Under the pieces are notes generated by a model. The model worked only from the letters and a program-made list of their open reading frames with translations, searched no databases and was not told where the DNA came from. A stretch of DNA of 57,743 nt from Octopus bimaculoides. Lineage: Eukaryota. This document shows, one piece after another, positions 1 to 12,037 of this stretch; within the stretch, counting starts at the first letter, position 1, and each line of letters opens with the position of its first letter. The position numbers and the translations under genes were made by a program. The stretch covers positions 76,780,321 through 76,838,063 of the forward strand of contig NC_068985.1 in the NCBI RefSeq assembly GCF_001194135.2. Reading direction: 5' to 3'.

Positions 1-35
1 CAAATGAGTGAAACAAGTAAAAGAATAAAAGAATA
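1..35 (+). mobile_element. 3' tail of SINE family A
   Basis: caaatgagtgaaacaagtaaaagaataaaagaata matches the tail of the full copy at 43951-44350 (caaatgactgaaacaagtaaaagaataaagg). Confidence 0.7.
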
Positions 36-235
36 TTAGTGTTGGACTCATGATCGTGATTTCTATTCCTGTACCGGGTGATGCGTTGTGTTCTTGAGCA
101 AAACACTTCATTTCACGTTGCTCCTGTCCACTCAGCTGACAAAAATGAGTAATCCTGCGAGAGATCGGGGTCCCGTCCAGGTGGGGAATATATACGCCAG
201 TGAAACCGAGTAACCGGCACTTATGATCCTGGCAT
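36..235 (+). mobile_element. SINE family B, 5'-decayed copy
   Basis: Shares tgttcttgagcaaaacacttcatttcacgttgctcc...cactcagctg...aaatgagt with the copy at 33672-34020. Confidence 0.7.
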
Positions 236-254
236 GGCTCCAGAAGGAAAAAAA

Positions 255-505
255 TGCTGGTGTACCGCCTTTAGTCGAACAAATCGATCCCAGGACTTAT
301 TCTTTGCAAGCCTAGTACTTATTCTATCGGTGTCTCTTGCCGAACTGCTAAGTTACAGGGACATAAACACACCAGCATCGGTTGTCAAGCGTTGGTGGGA
401 GACAAACAGAAACACACACACAAATATATACGTATATATACAAGGGGCTTCTTCCAGTTTCCATCTACCAAATCTACTCACAAGGGTTTGGTCGGCCAAA
501 GGGAC
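255..505 (-). mobile_element. SINE family A, 3' portion
   Basis: Reverse complement of the family A body seen at 18135-18380, 43951-44350 and 56320-56730. Confidence 0.8.
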
Positions 506-1114
506 CTGATGTGAGTTGTCTCGCTTGCCTATGATTTACTTTTAGGTGTTTTTAACACCAGGTGCATTTAGAAAGTAATCTCTTGCGCCCAAAACGTAGC
601 CGACCTAGGAACTTACAACACGCACACCTTGTGTATGTGTGTCGATTTTGTTTATATACCTCAAGCTGCTTCTAATTTATATTTGAATATATATATCGAG
701 AGCATTTAGTATGACTCGTGTTCTTAGTATTTAAATAACGAGAAACAAATATATAGACTTAATACATTTCTCTTACTACTGTACCCTTTCCCCTGTTCCA
801 ACTTGTCATCAGTGACGATACTGAGTACCTATCATTACATACATACATACATACATATACAGGCATGCCCACGTTACAGCTACCCGGAGCTTACAGGATT
901 TCGCGCTTACGGAAATTGTAAAGTATGACTATTAATTTCGGGATACAGTCTGTAATTTCACTCTTACCGTACCGTAATTTGTATTGCGTAGTTTTAAATT
1001 GTTAACAATTTAAAAAAGAAACTATACCTAGTTAAGATCAAAGTATATAGTTAATGATCTGGAAAATTATCACATTACGGACATAGATGAATGCACATAT
1101 ACACATGTATGTAT

Positions 1115-1408
1115 AATGTGAGTGTGTGCGTGTGTATGCGTTTGTGTGTGCGTGCGTGCGTGTGTGTGTGTGTACACAGTTCCAATAACAGCAGCAGCAG
1201 TTCCATCGCCAGCAATAACAATATCAGCAACGACTGTATCGGCAATATCCCTAACGGAAATAGCAGCAGAGCCATCGCCAATGACATCTATAACAGCAAT
1301 GACAGCGCTTCCATCAATGACAATGGCCACAATAATAACAGCATCTTTACCAACGCTGTGTGTGTGAGTAATTATAGTAACACGACCACTAACAACAACA
1401 ATAATATA
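1115..1408. repeat. (TG)n followed by a degenerate AAC/AGC/AAT trinucleotide tract
   Basis: Low-complexity tract that explains the N/S-rich and hydrophobic ORFs at 1070-1561; a similar tract recurs near 2430-2510. Confidence 0.75.
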
Positions 1409-1410
1409 TA

Positions 1411-2308
1411 CGAGGTGGTATCAAAAAGCACCCGGATTAGTTCTGTAGCGCACCAACAGATGGCAGCACACGGTTCCGTGAGCAGTGACCTTCATCAAGC
1501 AGTGTGCCCTAGTGATATCGCTGTGTTTACTTGCCAAGTTGCAAAATTTGTGTTTTTGTAATCACATGTATGCTGTAGTCTGCGATATTGTCATGGACAG
1601 GAAGTTGTAACAAAGAGCCAACGTGAGACTTTGCGTTAAACTTGTAAAGTCTGCTACAAAGACATTGAGCATGCTTCGGCAAGCTTACGGCGACGAGGCA
1701 ATGGTTCGTACACAATGTTTCAAGTGGCATGGACACTTCAAAACCTGAAGAATGTCCCAGGAAGACGATGAGCGATCTGGAAGACCTGCCACGAGCATCA
1801 CCCACGGAAATGTGGTATTGTGCATCGAGAACTCATTATCCAAGGTCAGATCGCTCATCGAGAGCTCTACTGTGACGTTTTGAAGTGTGTGAAGGAGGAC
1901 ATTCGGCGAATGCGACCGAATCTGTGGATTCTTCTCAACGACAGTGCACCCTGTTACCAAGCTCTCCTCACTCGTGAGTTTTTCACCCAAATCAACATAG
2001 TATGACTTCCGTACTGGCACTATTCTCCAGATTTAGCACCTGTAGACTTCCATCTCTCCTCCAAGATGAAAATGCAGTTCAAGGTCACCATTTTAACTCT
2101 GTTGTCAAAATCCAGAGTGAATAGTAGGTCCTCGACTCGCTTATGGAAAACGACTTCCCGGCCGGATTCCAAAAGTGACAGGAACGTTGGGACCAGTATA
2201 TTGCTGCGCAAGGTAACTATTTTGAAGGAAATGATGTTAAAATTTAAGTAAATAAGTTATTTTTTTTATTAAACATAAATATTCCAGGAACATTTTGCTA
2301 CCACCTCG
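1411..2308 (+). mobile_element. Internally deleted mariner transposon
   Basis: TIRs cgaggtggtatcaaaaag (1411) and cattttgctaccacctcg (ends 2308), with TA at 1409-1410. Broken frames read ANVRLCVKLVKSATKTLSMLRQAYGDEAM..., EDDERSGRP, and YSPDLAPVDFHL. Confidence 0.88.
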
Positions 2309-2514
2309 AAGTATGAGGAAGATATGAAAAGCCATTTGAAATAAAAATGCATATTGTGGGATCCTAGTGTCTTTTAAAAGTTGAATGAAATGTCTTTGGT
2401 TTTAGATCTGCAAGGACTGACTTCAAGCTAAACAGCCACAACAATACAATTAGCAATGACAATATGACCACTATATCATCAACAATGCCTGCTCACCATC
2501 ACTAACATTTAAAC

Positions 2515-2674
2515 CAGTGGTTCCCAACCCTTTTATTTAAATGAGTTTTTCCCCCAGACTCCTTTTAATATACTTATCCTTATATATATATATATGAAAT
2601 TTTTAATTTAGTTCACAAACCCCCAATACTACCTTTACGAACTACCAGAGGTCCACGGACCCCATGTTGGAAAC
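2515..2674. mobile_element. hAT (Charlie/MER5-like) MITE, right end in gap
   Basis: Starts cagtggttcccaacc and ends ggaccccatgttggaaac before Ns; homologous inverted fragment at 7071-7141. Confidence 0.6.
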
Positions 2675-2900
2675 NNNNNNNNNNNNNNNNNNNNNNNNNN
2701 NNNNNNNNNNNNNNNNNNNNNNNNNNNNNNNNNNNNNNNNNNNNNNNNNNNNNNNNNNNNNNNNNNNNNNNNNNNNNNNNNNNNNNNNNNNNNNNNNNNN
2801 NNNNNNNNNNNNNNNNNNNNNNNNNNNNNNNNNNNNNNNNNNNNNNNNNNNNNNNNNNNNNNNNNNNNNNNNNNNNNNNNNNNNNNNNNNNNNNNNNNNN

Positions 2901-4560
2901 ATACTAGCAGAGATACCAAGCATTGCCCGTGTTACATGCAATTGAAGAATTAGACTTTTCTGAAATGAACTGGAATACCTATGATTCGAATTTCATCAAA
3001 ATTACAGATGAGGGTTCTTTTCCTCTTTACACACCCTAAAACATTTGTAATCATGACACATGTATCCTATACTAATTATCTTTATGCGCAGAATCTAAAA
3101 TTCCAGTCTTATGGAACCTGTTAAAAGGATTTTGCTCCTGAAAAATGGAGGTCATGGAGCTCTAAAATGTGAGAGTTAAAGCCCCTATTGGGGTGGGTGT
3201 CTTAATGTCAACCAGAGAAGTTGAATTGTTGAGAATCTTTTTAACTTGGGTCTTGTATCTATTGTTTGAATTTCTTTGAAATAGGAAATATATGTATGTC
3301 CACTGGGTTTGTAAAAGAGAGCAAACCAAAAGACGAATGATCACAATAAGCAGTCACCTACCTTACCCTAGTCATTACTACTCCCAATGTAGGATTCCTC
3401 ACCATACAAGTCTTCAGGCACAGCCATAAGATGCATTATGGATCTATAGCAATTGGAAGGGCATGACCCAACTGAAACATTCACAACTGTGTGACGTGAG
3501 GACTAAGAGGAAATGTGTCACCTCTGGAGATTGCAAATGACCACTATACTGATAGGTAACTGGACAGAATAAATTTACAATCTATAAATGTCTTTCAATA
3601 ACCAGTCACTCATCTGGGAAGGCCTTGAAATCAGTGTTACTATTGGGGGACTGTGTGTGACCCAGTGATAATAAAAAGGCTCAAAGGAGGTCTGCAACCA
3701 AATAACTTTACTCAACACTTTGCAACTGAATCAGCGGAGGCAAAAATGCCTCTCATTTACTTGACAATTTATGCACCACATTGCAGAAATCACAATCTAA
3801 GTATATCTCAAAGCAAATTCTTACACTGTTGTACCATTGAGTTCCGAATAACGCTCATCTTTATTCTCGGGTGACCCTACAGCTTCCAAGAGTACAACTG
3901 TATTCGTCTTTGCTTAGATAAAATGACTAAATTGTGGGTGTTAAGTCCGCATGAAGGGGTCTTTGTAACTTCTAAGATGAAATTTTAGAAATATTACTTC
4001 ATTTGTGTCTAATATCTATGGTTAAAATTTCATCAACAGCAAAAATATATGAATTTTCAAAGGGGTTATGGTCCTTATGGATAGAATGTAATTTCGAAAT
4101 TTCATAAAGATTCATTCATTACATCTGATGTAGTTTTGGATCATAAAAAATGAGTAAAATTTGGGAGTTAAGGCCCCCATTAGGGGAGGTCTTAGAATTC
4201 TGATGAGAATTGGAAATTTTGAGAATATTCCTTCAACCCATGGTTGAAATTTCATCAACATCGAAAACTTATTAATTTTCATGGGAGGTTCTGCTCCCTT
4301 GAAGCCACCTCAAATTCAAACCAAACACACTGCATTATACCTGCCATTATGCATTGAATCTAAGTTCCAATGTCATAAGGATCCATTCAGTAATTTTGGT
4401 CCATGAAATTGTATGAAACACACAGCATTACCCTTCTCCCTAGGCTTGGATTTTGTGTTCCAAATTTCATTAGGATCAGTGCAGTAGTTTTTGAATGTAT
4501 AAGTAACACACGAACACACAAAGACACTGACTTTTATATAATAGATATGAATATGCACAT
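2901..4560 (+). mobile_element. Non-autonomous Helitron-like (DINE-1/HINE-type) element with internal degenerate tandem repeats
   Basis: 5' atactagcagagataccaagcattgcccgtg; recurring aaatttcatcaa and ggcccc..attggggg units; 3' ...ccaaatttcattaggatcagtgcagtagtttttga...ttttatataatagat followed by microsatellite. Confidence 0.5.
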
Positions 4561-4577
4561 ATACATGCATGTGTGTG

Positions 4578-4661
<84 letters not shown>

Positions 4662-4734
4662 ATAGATTGATAGATACAACTGAGTGGACAAACAAAAATA
4701 TGAGACACTGCCTAGTACTTTTTTTATTTTGATA

Positions 4735-5043
4735 AGCCTGGTACTTATTCTATCAGTTTCTTCTTGTCAAACCAGTAAGTTATGGGGATGTAAATAAAGG
4801 AACAGCAGTTGTGAAGCAGTGATGAGGAAGAAACACAGAGACAAAGACATACACTTACATATATACATACATATATATATACAAATGATTTCTTTCAGTT
4901 TCTGTCTACAAAATTCATTCACAAGGCTTTGGTTGGTCTGAGGCTATAGCAGAAGACACATGCCAAATCACTACACAGTGGTACTGAACCCAGAACCATG
5001 TGTTTTGGAACCAAGTTTCTTACCACACAGCCACACCTGTGCC
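4735..5043 (-). mobile_element. SINE family A, near full length
   Basis: tRNA-like head (reverse complement of ...ccacacagccacacctgtgcct) plus family A body and tail. Confidence 0.8.
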
Positions 5044-5044
5044 T

Positions 5045-5292
5045 ATATGTGTATGTGTGTGGGGGTGTATATATGTATGCATGTATATATGTGCACATAT
5101 ATGTGTACATATTACATGTACATCTATATATAATCTCCACATATACATGTATACATATACATCTATATCTATATATATATATATACATTTATACATATAC
5201 ATTTATACATATACAGCTATACATATACATGTATATATATACATCTATATACGTACATGTATATATATATACACATCTATATATACACATGT
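5045..5292. repeat. (TA)n/(TACA)n compound microsatellite
   Basis: Direct observation. Confidence 0.9.
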
Positions 5293-5302
5293 NNNNNNNN
5301 NN

Positions 5303-5564
5303 ATAGTTTCAGTATTAAAGTGAAAATATCTGACATTACAATAGAGAGATGTCATTGTTTCACTTTTGACACGTAATACTGCAATAGTGGAGGATATATG
5401 ATATTACTGTGGGCTCGCACTAGGCAAAAAGTTAAAAAATCTTTGGGCCTATGACACTACATGGAACCTAAGTAAGGAATGTGTAAAATTTGAATGAAAT
5501 TGGTTGTGTAGTTTTCAAGTTTTAGGGATTCACACAGACAGTCACACATTCTCATCTTTACATA
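5303..5564 (+). mobile_element. Helitron-like dispersed repeat 3' end, copy 1
   Basis: About 260 bp homologous to 9986-10260 (atagtttcagtatta...cacttttgacacgtaatactg...aaatttgaatgaaat...acacattctca). Confidence 0.55.
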
Positions 5565-6207
5565 NNNNNNNNNNNNNNNNNNNNNNNNNNNNNNNNNNNN
5601 NNNNNNNNNNNNNNNNNNNNNNNNNNNNNNNNNNNNNNNNNNNNNNNNNNNNNNNNNNNNNNNNNNNNNNNNNNNNNNNNNNNNNNNNNNNNNNNNNNNN
5701 NNNNNNNNNNNNNNNNNNNNNNNNNNNNNNNNNNNNNNNNNNNNNNNNNNNNNNNNNNNNNNNNNNNNNNNNNNNNNNNNNNNNNNNNNNNNNNNNNNNN
5801 NNNNNNNNNNNNNNNNNNNNNNNNNNNNNNNNNNNNNNNNNNNNNNNNNNNNNNNNNNNNNNNNNNNNNNNNNNNNNNNNNNNNNNNNNNNNNNNNNNNN
5901 NNNNNNNNNNNNNNNNNNNNNNNNNNNNNNNNNNNNNNNNNNNNNNNNNNNNNNNNNNNNNNNNNNNNNNNNNNNNNNNNNNNNNNNNNNNNNNNNNNNN
6001 NNNNNNNNNTTAACCGTTAATAGATATAATGTCAAAGGTAGTTTATAGAAAGAGGAGACAGAAAGAAATTGGCAGAAAACTAATAGTGGAGAGATATAGA
6101 GCGATAGAGGAATAGGAATAGAGCTTAAAGGCTTGGAAGTATATATATTTAGTGGAAGTGAAATGTAAGAAGACAGTCAAAAGTCGAATTTTATAGAATG
6201 TTAGAAA

Positions 6208-6660
6208 TCACTTATAGGAACTAAAGGTATGTTTTTGCAAATGTTTGCAACGATAAACGCGTTCTATAAACGTGTTTACAAGAGGATTCTCTGAGAACAG
6301 GATGAAATACATTCCATCGTTACAAAGCGGACAAAAAGATTTACCTTTATCATACGGAAATGATATAGATAGAATATTCCATTCCAAATTAAATTGTTTA
6401 TTACAACCCTTTAGATACCAAATTAATTTATTAAGCCCAGTAGTGTAACGTTTATTGATATGTCTAAATGTAGAGTAATGATTAGATATTCTTTTGGACA
6501 ACTGAGATGAAGAACTGCCTATATAAAAAAAGACGTCAGAACCAGAAGTAATTTTACATTGATAAAACCTGGAATTTCTACCTTTATAAGTAGGCTGTTA
6601 CATCTTTGGTACTTGTGTGAATTTTTGCTACCCTAGTAACTATTTATTCATTTTTCCGTG
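6208..6660 (-). pseudogene. Penelope-like element GIY-YIG endonuclease C-terminal remnant
   Basis: Minus strand reads FYQCKITSGSDVFF/YIGSSSSQLSKRISNHYSTFRH...LNKLIWYLK...EWNIL...PYDKGKSFCPLC...FILFSENPL...CKH, the typical PLE GIY-YIG and downstream pattern. Confidence 0.8.
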
Positions 6661-7070
6661 TTGTTCGTAGACATTGAAAAATACACACACACAATATATA
6701 TAATAAAGCACCGGATTATGGCTAGACTTATTGGCCGAGTATACAAGCATTAATGTAACGGATATTTTAAATTTAATCTTCCGGTAGACCTAGCCGACGA
6801 AGATCAATCAGTTTTACGATAACAAACGTATTCTGAAAAGTCCGAAACTCGAGTATTAGGTTGTCCATGTCTCTGGCATTCTTCCTACTGATAAGACAAA
6901 AAAAAATTTATGTTCGCCGCCCGCACACAACTTTGCCTCTATACATTTAGTGAAGCTTTACATAGCGTCGAACGGTTATCAACTGCTATTTCCAACAAAA
7001 ATTGGTACCTTGTTGTGCCACTATTTCCTATACACACACACACACACACACATACAAGGATAAGCACATT

Positions 7071-7141
7071 AAAATGAGTCCGTGGGAAAATTCATTTAAA
7101 TAAAAGGGGTCCTTGGTAGTGAAAAGGTTGTGAATCGCTGG
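7071..7141 (-). mobile_element. hAT MITE end fragment
   Basis: Inverted homolog of 2515-2570. Confidence 0.5.
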
Positions 7142-7159
7142 TCTAGAGTAGAAATGATA

Positions 7160-8270
7160 CGTGACAACAGAGAAAATTATGTCGAGTGCTCAAAAAGCTA
7201 CTTCGTTAATTGTCCGAACTTTATTTTTCTATAGATCTAATGTAATGATTAAAATGGAACGACACTTGAATGTATGCATCAACGATCAGTATCAGTGTAA
7301 TGTGGCGATAGATACGATAGTAATTCAAAACAAACAAAAAAAAACAGTTTATATAACAATTTGTCGAAAAAAATAGGTTAAACTTCTAATGTAAAGCCTT
7401 TGTCGGCTGGTTTGAAAGGTTTAAGAAGAGTATGAATTTGCCAGTGCTGATACAGAGGTTGCTACTAATTATCCTGAACAATCGAAGAAAGTGATTGCTG
7501 AAGGGGGCTACTAACCAGAGCAAGTATACAATGTTGATGAGACTTCACTATTTTGGAGGCACATTCCTGCCAGAACTTTTATTTCTCGAAAAGAAAAATC
7601 AACATCAGGATTTAAAGCTTCCAAAAATCGTCTGACACTTCTTCGGGGAGAAAATGCCGCCGGTGATATGAAATTAAAGCCCTTATGCGTGTATCATTCT
7701 GAAAATGAAAGGGCTTTCAAGGGTTACATAAAGTTTAATCCAACTCTGATTTGGCCTTCAAATAAGAATTCATGGATGACTAAGAGCCTTTACATAGAGT
7801 GGTTTACAAAAATCTTTTGGCCTGCGCTAGATAGGTACAGTATCAGACATATTTCCAACAAAGCATTTTTTTTTTAGACAATGAATATATTTCCAAGAAT
7901 ACAATTTTGTTCCAGCCAGTGGATCAAGGTGTGATGGTTAAGTTCAAGGCATATTGTATAAGAACTTTCAAACAACTTATGAACGCAATTGACAGAGAGG
8001 AAAAACCTGCAGTTAGAGATTTCTGGAAGTAATTCAACATAATGGATGCTGTGCAGGGCCGGCCCTAGGGTTGCTGACGCCCCGGGAAAGCTGAACTTCG
8101 GCGTGGATAAGCCGACGGTCGTGGAAACTTCCTTGTCTTTGTCACGCCTTCTTTGGCTCCCCAGGCGACAGCCCGAGTTGCCAGTACCTTGAGCCGGCCC
8201 CGATGCTGTGGCTAATATAGCTGAGCCATGGATGATGTGAAGCTTCAACTTTGAATAGTGCTTGGAAAAG
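7160..8270 (+). pseudogene. Tigger/pogo transposase remnant, interrupted
   Basis: CENP-B-like region MIKMERHLNVCINDQ; GWFERFK; VYNVDETSLFW; KNRLTLL..NAAGDMKLKPLCVYHSEN; WMT; QPVDQGV; NIMDAV/ANIAEPW across the MITE insertion. Confidence 0.88.
8054..8202. mobile_element. 149-bp hAT-type MITE with perfect 8-bp TSD
   Basis: TIRs cagggccggccc and gagccggccccg; TSD atgctgtg at 8046-8053 and 8203-8210. Confidence 0.85.
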
Positions 8271-8310
8271 TATGTGATCAAACTATATCCATGACATTAC
8301 TAGCAGAATG

Positions 8311-8400
8311 TCTACACCTGAAGAAGGCTGGAGGATATATCAGCCGAAACGTTGTGTTAACAACAAACAAGATGAGAACAAATATCCGTCGAATGTAAAT
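8311..8400 (+). mobile_element. 3' part of the hammerhead-bearing SINE-like family
   Basis: Nearly identical to the reverse complement of 52064-52155 and to 52414-52470. Confidence 0.8.
8314..8357 (+). ncRNA. Minimal type I hammerhead ribozyme motif (Penelope-type)
   Basis: ACAC-CUGAAGA-A-GGCUG(GAGGAUAUAU)CAGCC-GAAAC-GUU/GUGU: helix I ACAC/GUGU, helix II GGCUG/CAGCC, palindromic helix III AACGUU. Confidence 0.8.
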
Positions 8401-8899
8401 CGAAAGTGAAGGATATTTGAGTTTTGTGAAATTCTGTGATAGTTCGATAAGTATAGTCTTGTATATGTAGCTGTTAGTTTTAAAGGGAGAGTTTTCAACA
8501 GAGATATATGTGTGTGAAGTCAAAAGTCTGTGCGTAAATTCTGAATGATCTATGAATTTAATAAAAAGGCAGGATGCGTGTATACGTGCGTATATATTCA
8601 ATAGAATCACAGGAGAAATTTATATTGTACTCACGAGAAATCATTTCTTTTTCCACAGTTTATCGCAAGCAGTATGCGGTCAAATTTAATCTCTTGATTT
8701 CTTATCGCAGCTTTCACAAGAGTTGGAAATTAAAATTTAGAGATGTTTGAGTTGATATGGTTTCTGTTTCTTCAACTACTTACTAAACGGAGTAATGAAA
8801 AACACGTCCGGGTGTCACGGCTGTCCATGTGTATGTAAAAATCTTAAGTGACTGGATGGCAAGACAGATTAGTCCTATTGCGCAGCAACATAAGTATGT

Positions 8900-8965
8900 C
8901 TTCTATTATAGTCCCGAGCCAACCAAAGCCTTTTGAGTGGATTTGGTAGACGAAACTGAAAAGCA
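8900..8965 (+). mobile_element. SINE family A fragment
   Basis: ccaaccaaagccttttgagtggatttggtagacgaaactgaaa matches the family A core. Confidence 0.6.
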
Positions 8966-9039
8966 TATTAATATATGTTTGTATGTATATATATATACAT
9001 ATATATATATATACGCACAAACATATATATGTCTATATA

Positions 9040-9118
<79 letters not shown>

Positions 9119-9856
9119 NNNNNNNNNNNNNNNNNNNNNNNNNNNNNNNNNNNNNNNNNNNNNNNNNNNNNNNNNNNNNNNNNNNNNNNNNNNNNNNNNN
9201 NNNNNNNNNNNNNNNNNNNNNNNNNNNNNNNNNNNNNNNNNNNNNNNNNNNNNNNNNNNNNNNNNNNNNNNNNNNNNNNNNNNNNNNNNNNNNNNNNNNN
9301 NNNNNNNNNNNNNNNNNNNNNNNNNNNNNNNNNNNNNNNNNNNNNNNNNNNNNNNNNNNNNNNNNNNNNNNNNNNNNNNNNNNNNNNNNNNNNNNNNNNN
9401 NNNNNNNNNNNNNNNNNNNNNNNNNNNNNNNNNNNNNNNNNNNNNNNNNNNNNNNNNNNNNNNNNNNNNNNNNNNNNNNNNNNNNNNNNNNNNNNNNNNN
9501 NNNNNNNNNNNNNNNNNNNNNNNNNNNNNNNNNNNNNNNNNNNNNNNNNNNNNNNNNNNNNNNNNNNNNNNNNNNNNNNNNNNNNNNNNNNNNNNNNNNN
9601 NNNNNNNNNNNNNNNNNNNNNNNNNNNNNNNNNNNNNNNNNNNNNNNNNNNNNNNNNNNNNNNNNNNNNNNNNNNNNNNNNNNNNNNNNNNNNNNNNNNN
9701 NNNNNNNNNNNNNNNNNNNNNNNNNNNNNNNNNNNNNNNNNNNNNNNNNNNNNNNNNNNNNNNNNNNNNNNNNNNNNNNNNNNNNNNNNNNNNNNNNNNN
9801 NNNNNNNNNNNNNNNNNNNNNNNNNNNNNNNNNNNNNNNNNNNNNNNNNATATATA

Positions 9857-9904
<48 letters not shown>

Positions 9905-9985
9905 GTATGTATGTATGTATGCATGTGTGTGTATGTATGTAGGTATATATGTGAGATATATATGAGAGATAATAGTTTCACTTAA

Positions 9986-10260
9986 ATAGTTTCAGTATTA
10001 ATAGTGGAACTATTAAACTGAATTTATCTCACATTACGATAGAGACATCATTGTTCCACTTTTGACACGTAATACTGAAATAGTGTAAAAGATAAGAGAT
10101 TAAGAGATTGAACCGAGTTCGCATTTGGCAAGAAGAAAATGTTTTTGGCCCATGACACTACATAAATTCTAAGTAAGGCATGTGTAAGATTTGAATGAAA
10201 TCGGTTAGGTTGTTCTCTAGTTTTAGTGATGTACACATTCTCAGCTTTATATATATAGAT
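9986..10260 (+). mobile_element. Helitron-like dispersed repeat 3' end, copy 2
   Basis: Homologous to 5303-5564; ends ...ctttatatatatagat followed by (TG)n. Confidence 0.55.
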
Positions 10261-10265
10261 ATATG

Positions 10266-10314
<49 letters not shown>

Positions 10315-10499
10315 GTATTTATGTATTTGTGTATCTGTGCTTCTTCCCCAACCATCGTTGTGATTGGCTGTAAGCAAATCAGTTCTGTTTGCTGCCCTAG
10401 GCGGTCTCCTAGTTTGCCTAGTGGTAGATCCGGCCCTGTAAGCACCAACATAACAGTTTCCCTTCTTGCGCACTAGTTATTGATATTTAGTACGACGGC

Positions 10500-10970
10500 T
10501 TATGTAAACTAGCTATTGTAACGTTCATCTGTAGAGAAACATCTTACTCAAATCTAGATAATTTGCATGGTTTTTGTATGGAAGCAGCACGCAGCCAAAC
10601 CAAATACAGCTCTCAACTAAGCAATGCAACACATGCGCGCACGTGCATCTACATATGCACACACACACACACACATATGATGGCTGCCCCCTCGTTATCG
10701 AGTATGGCCATTGCACGAAGCTTAACTTAACGGTGCTGTGATCGAATGTGACTTTTTAGCCCAGCCAAAGATCTACAATGTCTTGCACAGAGTTGGCATC
10801 CAAAACCTTTACTGGCAATAACTGGCTGTTGTTGTAATTGGGCTCCGTGTACCTTTGCGTGTCGTTTAAGTCCTCCTGCTGAATCACACTCCCTTCCACA
10901 TGCCCGACAGACATGGTTAGTATGGTGTGTAGCATCATCACCAGCGGCCTGGTAGTCAATCATCGGCCTT
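10500..10970 (-). mobile_element. 3' end of a LINE (probably RTE clade) with two C-terminal C2H2 zinc fingers
   Basis: ORF 10727-10963 reads CRACGRECDSAGGLKRHAKVH and CQLCARHCRSLAGLKSHIRSQH then a stop; the GLxxH signature and absence of TGEKP linkers fit LINE ORF2 C-termini; upstream sequence is in a gap. Confidence 0.6.
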
Positions 10971-11884
10971 NNNNNNNNNNNNNNNNNNNNNNNNNNNNNN
11001 NNNNNNNNNNNNNNNNNNNNNNNNNNNNNNNNNNNNNNNNNNNNNNNNNNNNNNNNNNNNNNNNNNNNNNNNNNNNNNNNNNNNNNNNNNNNNNNNNNNN
11101 NNNNNNNNNNNNNNNNNNNNNNNNNNNNNNNNNNNNNNNNNNNNNNNNNNNNNNNNNNNNNNNNNNNNNNNNNNNNNNNNNNNNNNNNNNNNNNNNNNNN
11201 NNNNNNNNNNNNNNNNNNNNNNNNNNNNNNNNNNNNNNNNNNNNNNNNNNNNNNNNNNNNNNNNNNNNNNNNNNNNNNNNNNNNNNNNNNNNNNNNNNNN
11301 NNNNNNNNNNNNNNNNNNNNNNNNNNNNNNNNNNNNNNNNNNNNNNNNNNNNNNNNNNNNNNNNNNNNNNNNNNNNNNNNNNNNNNNNNNNNNNNNNNNN
11401 NNNNNNNNNNNNNNNNNNNNNNNNNNNNNNNNNNNNNNNNNNNNNNNNNNNNNNNNNNNNNNNNNNNNNNNNNNNNNNNNNNNNNNNNNNNNNNNNNNNN
11501 NNNNNNNNNNNNNNNNNNNNNNNNNNNNNNNNNNNNNNNNNNNNNNNNNNNNNNNNNNNNNNNNNNNNNNNNNNNNNNNNNNNNNNNNNNNNNNNNNNNN
11601 NNNNNNNNNNNNNNNNNNNNNNNNNNNNNNNNNNNNNNNNNNNNNNNNNNNNNNNNNNNNNNNNNNNNNNNNNNNNNNNNNNNNNNNNNNNNNNNNNNNN
11701 NNNNNNNNNNNNNNNNNNNNNNNNNNNNNNNNNNNNNNNNNNNNNNNNNNNNNNNNNNNNNNNNNNNNNNNNNNNNNNNNNNNNNNNNNNNNNNNNNNNN
11801 NNNNNNNNNNNNNNNNNNNNNNNNNNNNNNNNNNNNNNNNNNNNNNNNNNNNNNNNNNNNNNNNNNNNNNNNNNNNNNNNNNNN

Positions 11885-11924
<40 letters not shown>

Positions 11925-11950
11925 TATTATACACACACACATATACATAC

Positions 11951-11983
<33 letters not shown>

Positions 11984-12006
11984 CTATTATACACACACAC
12001 ATATAC

Positions 12007-12037
<31 letters not shown>

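Noticed and set aside
1070-1561. 156-aa Asn/Ser-rich ORF and antisense hydrophobic ORFs
   Set aside because: Produced by (TG)n plus degenerate trinucleotide repeats; the 3' part runs into the mariner TIR
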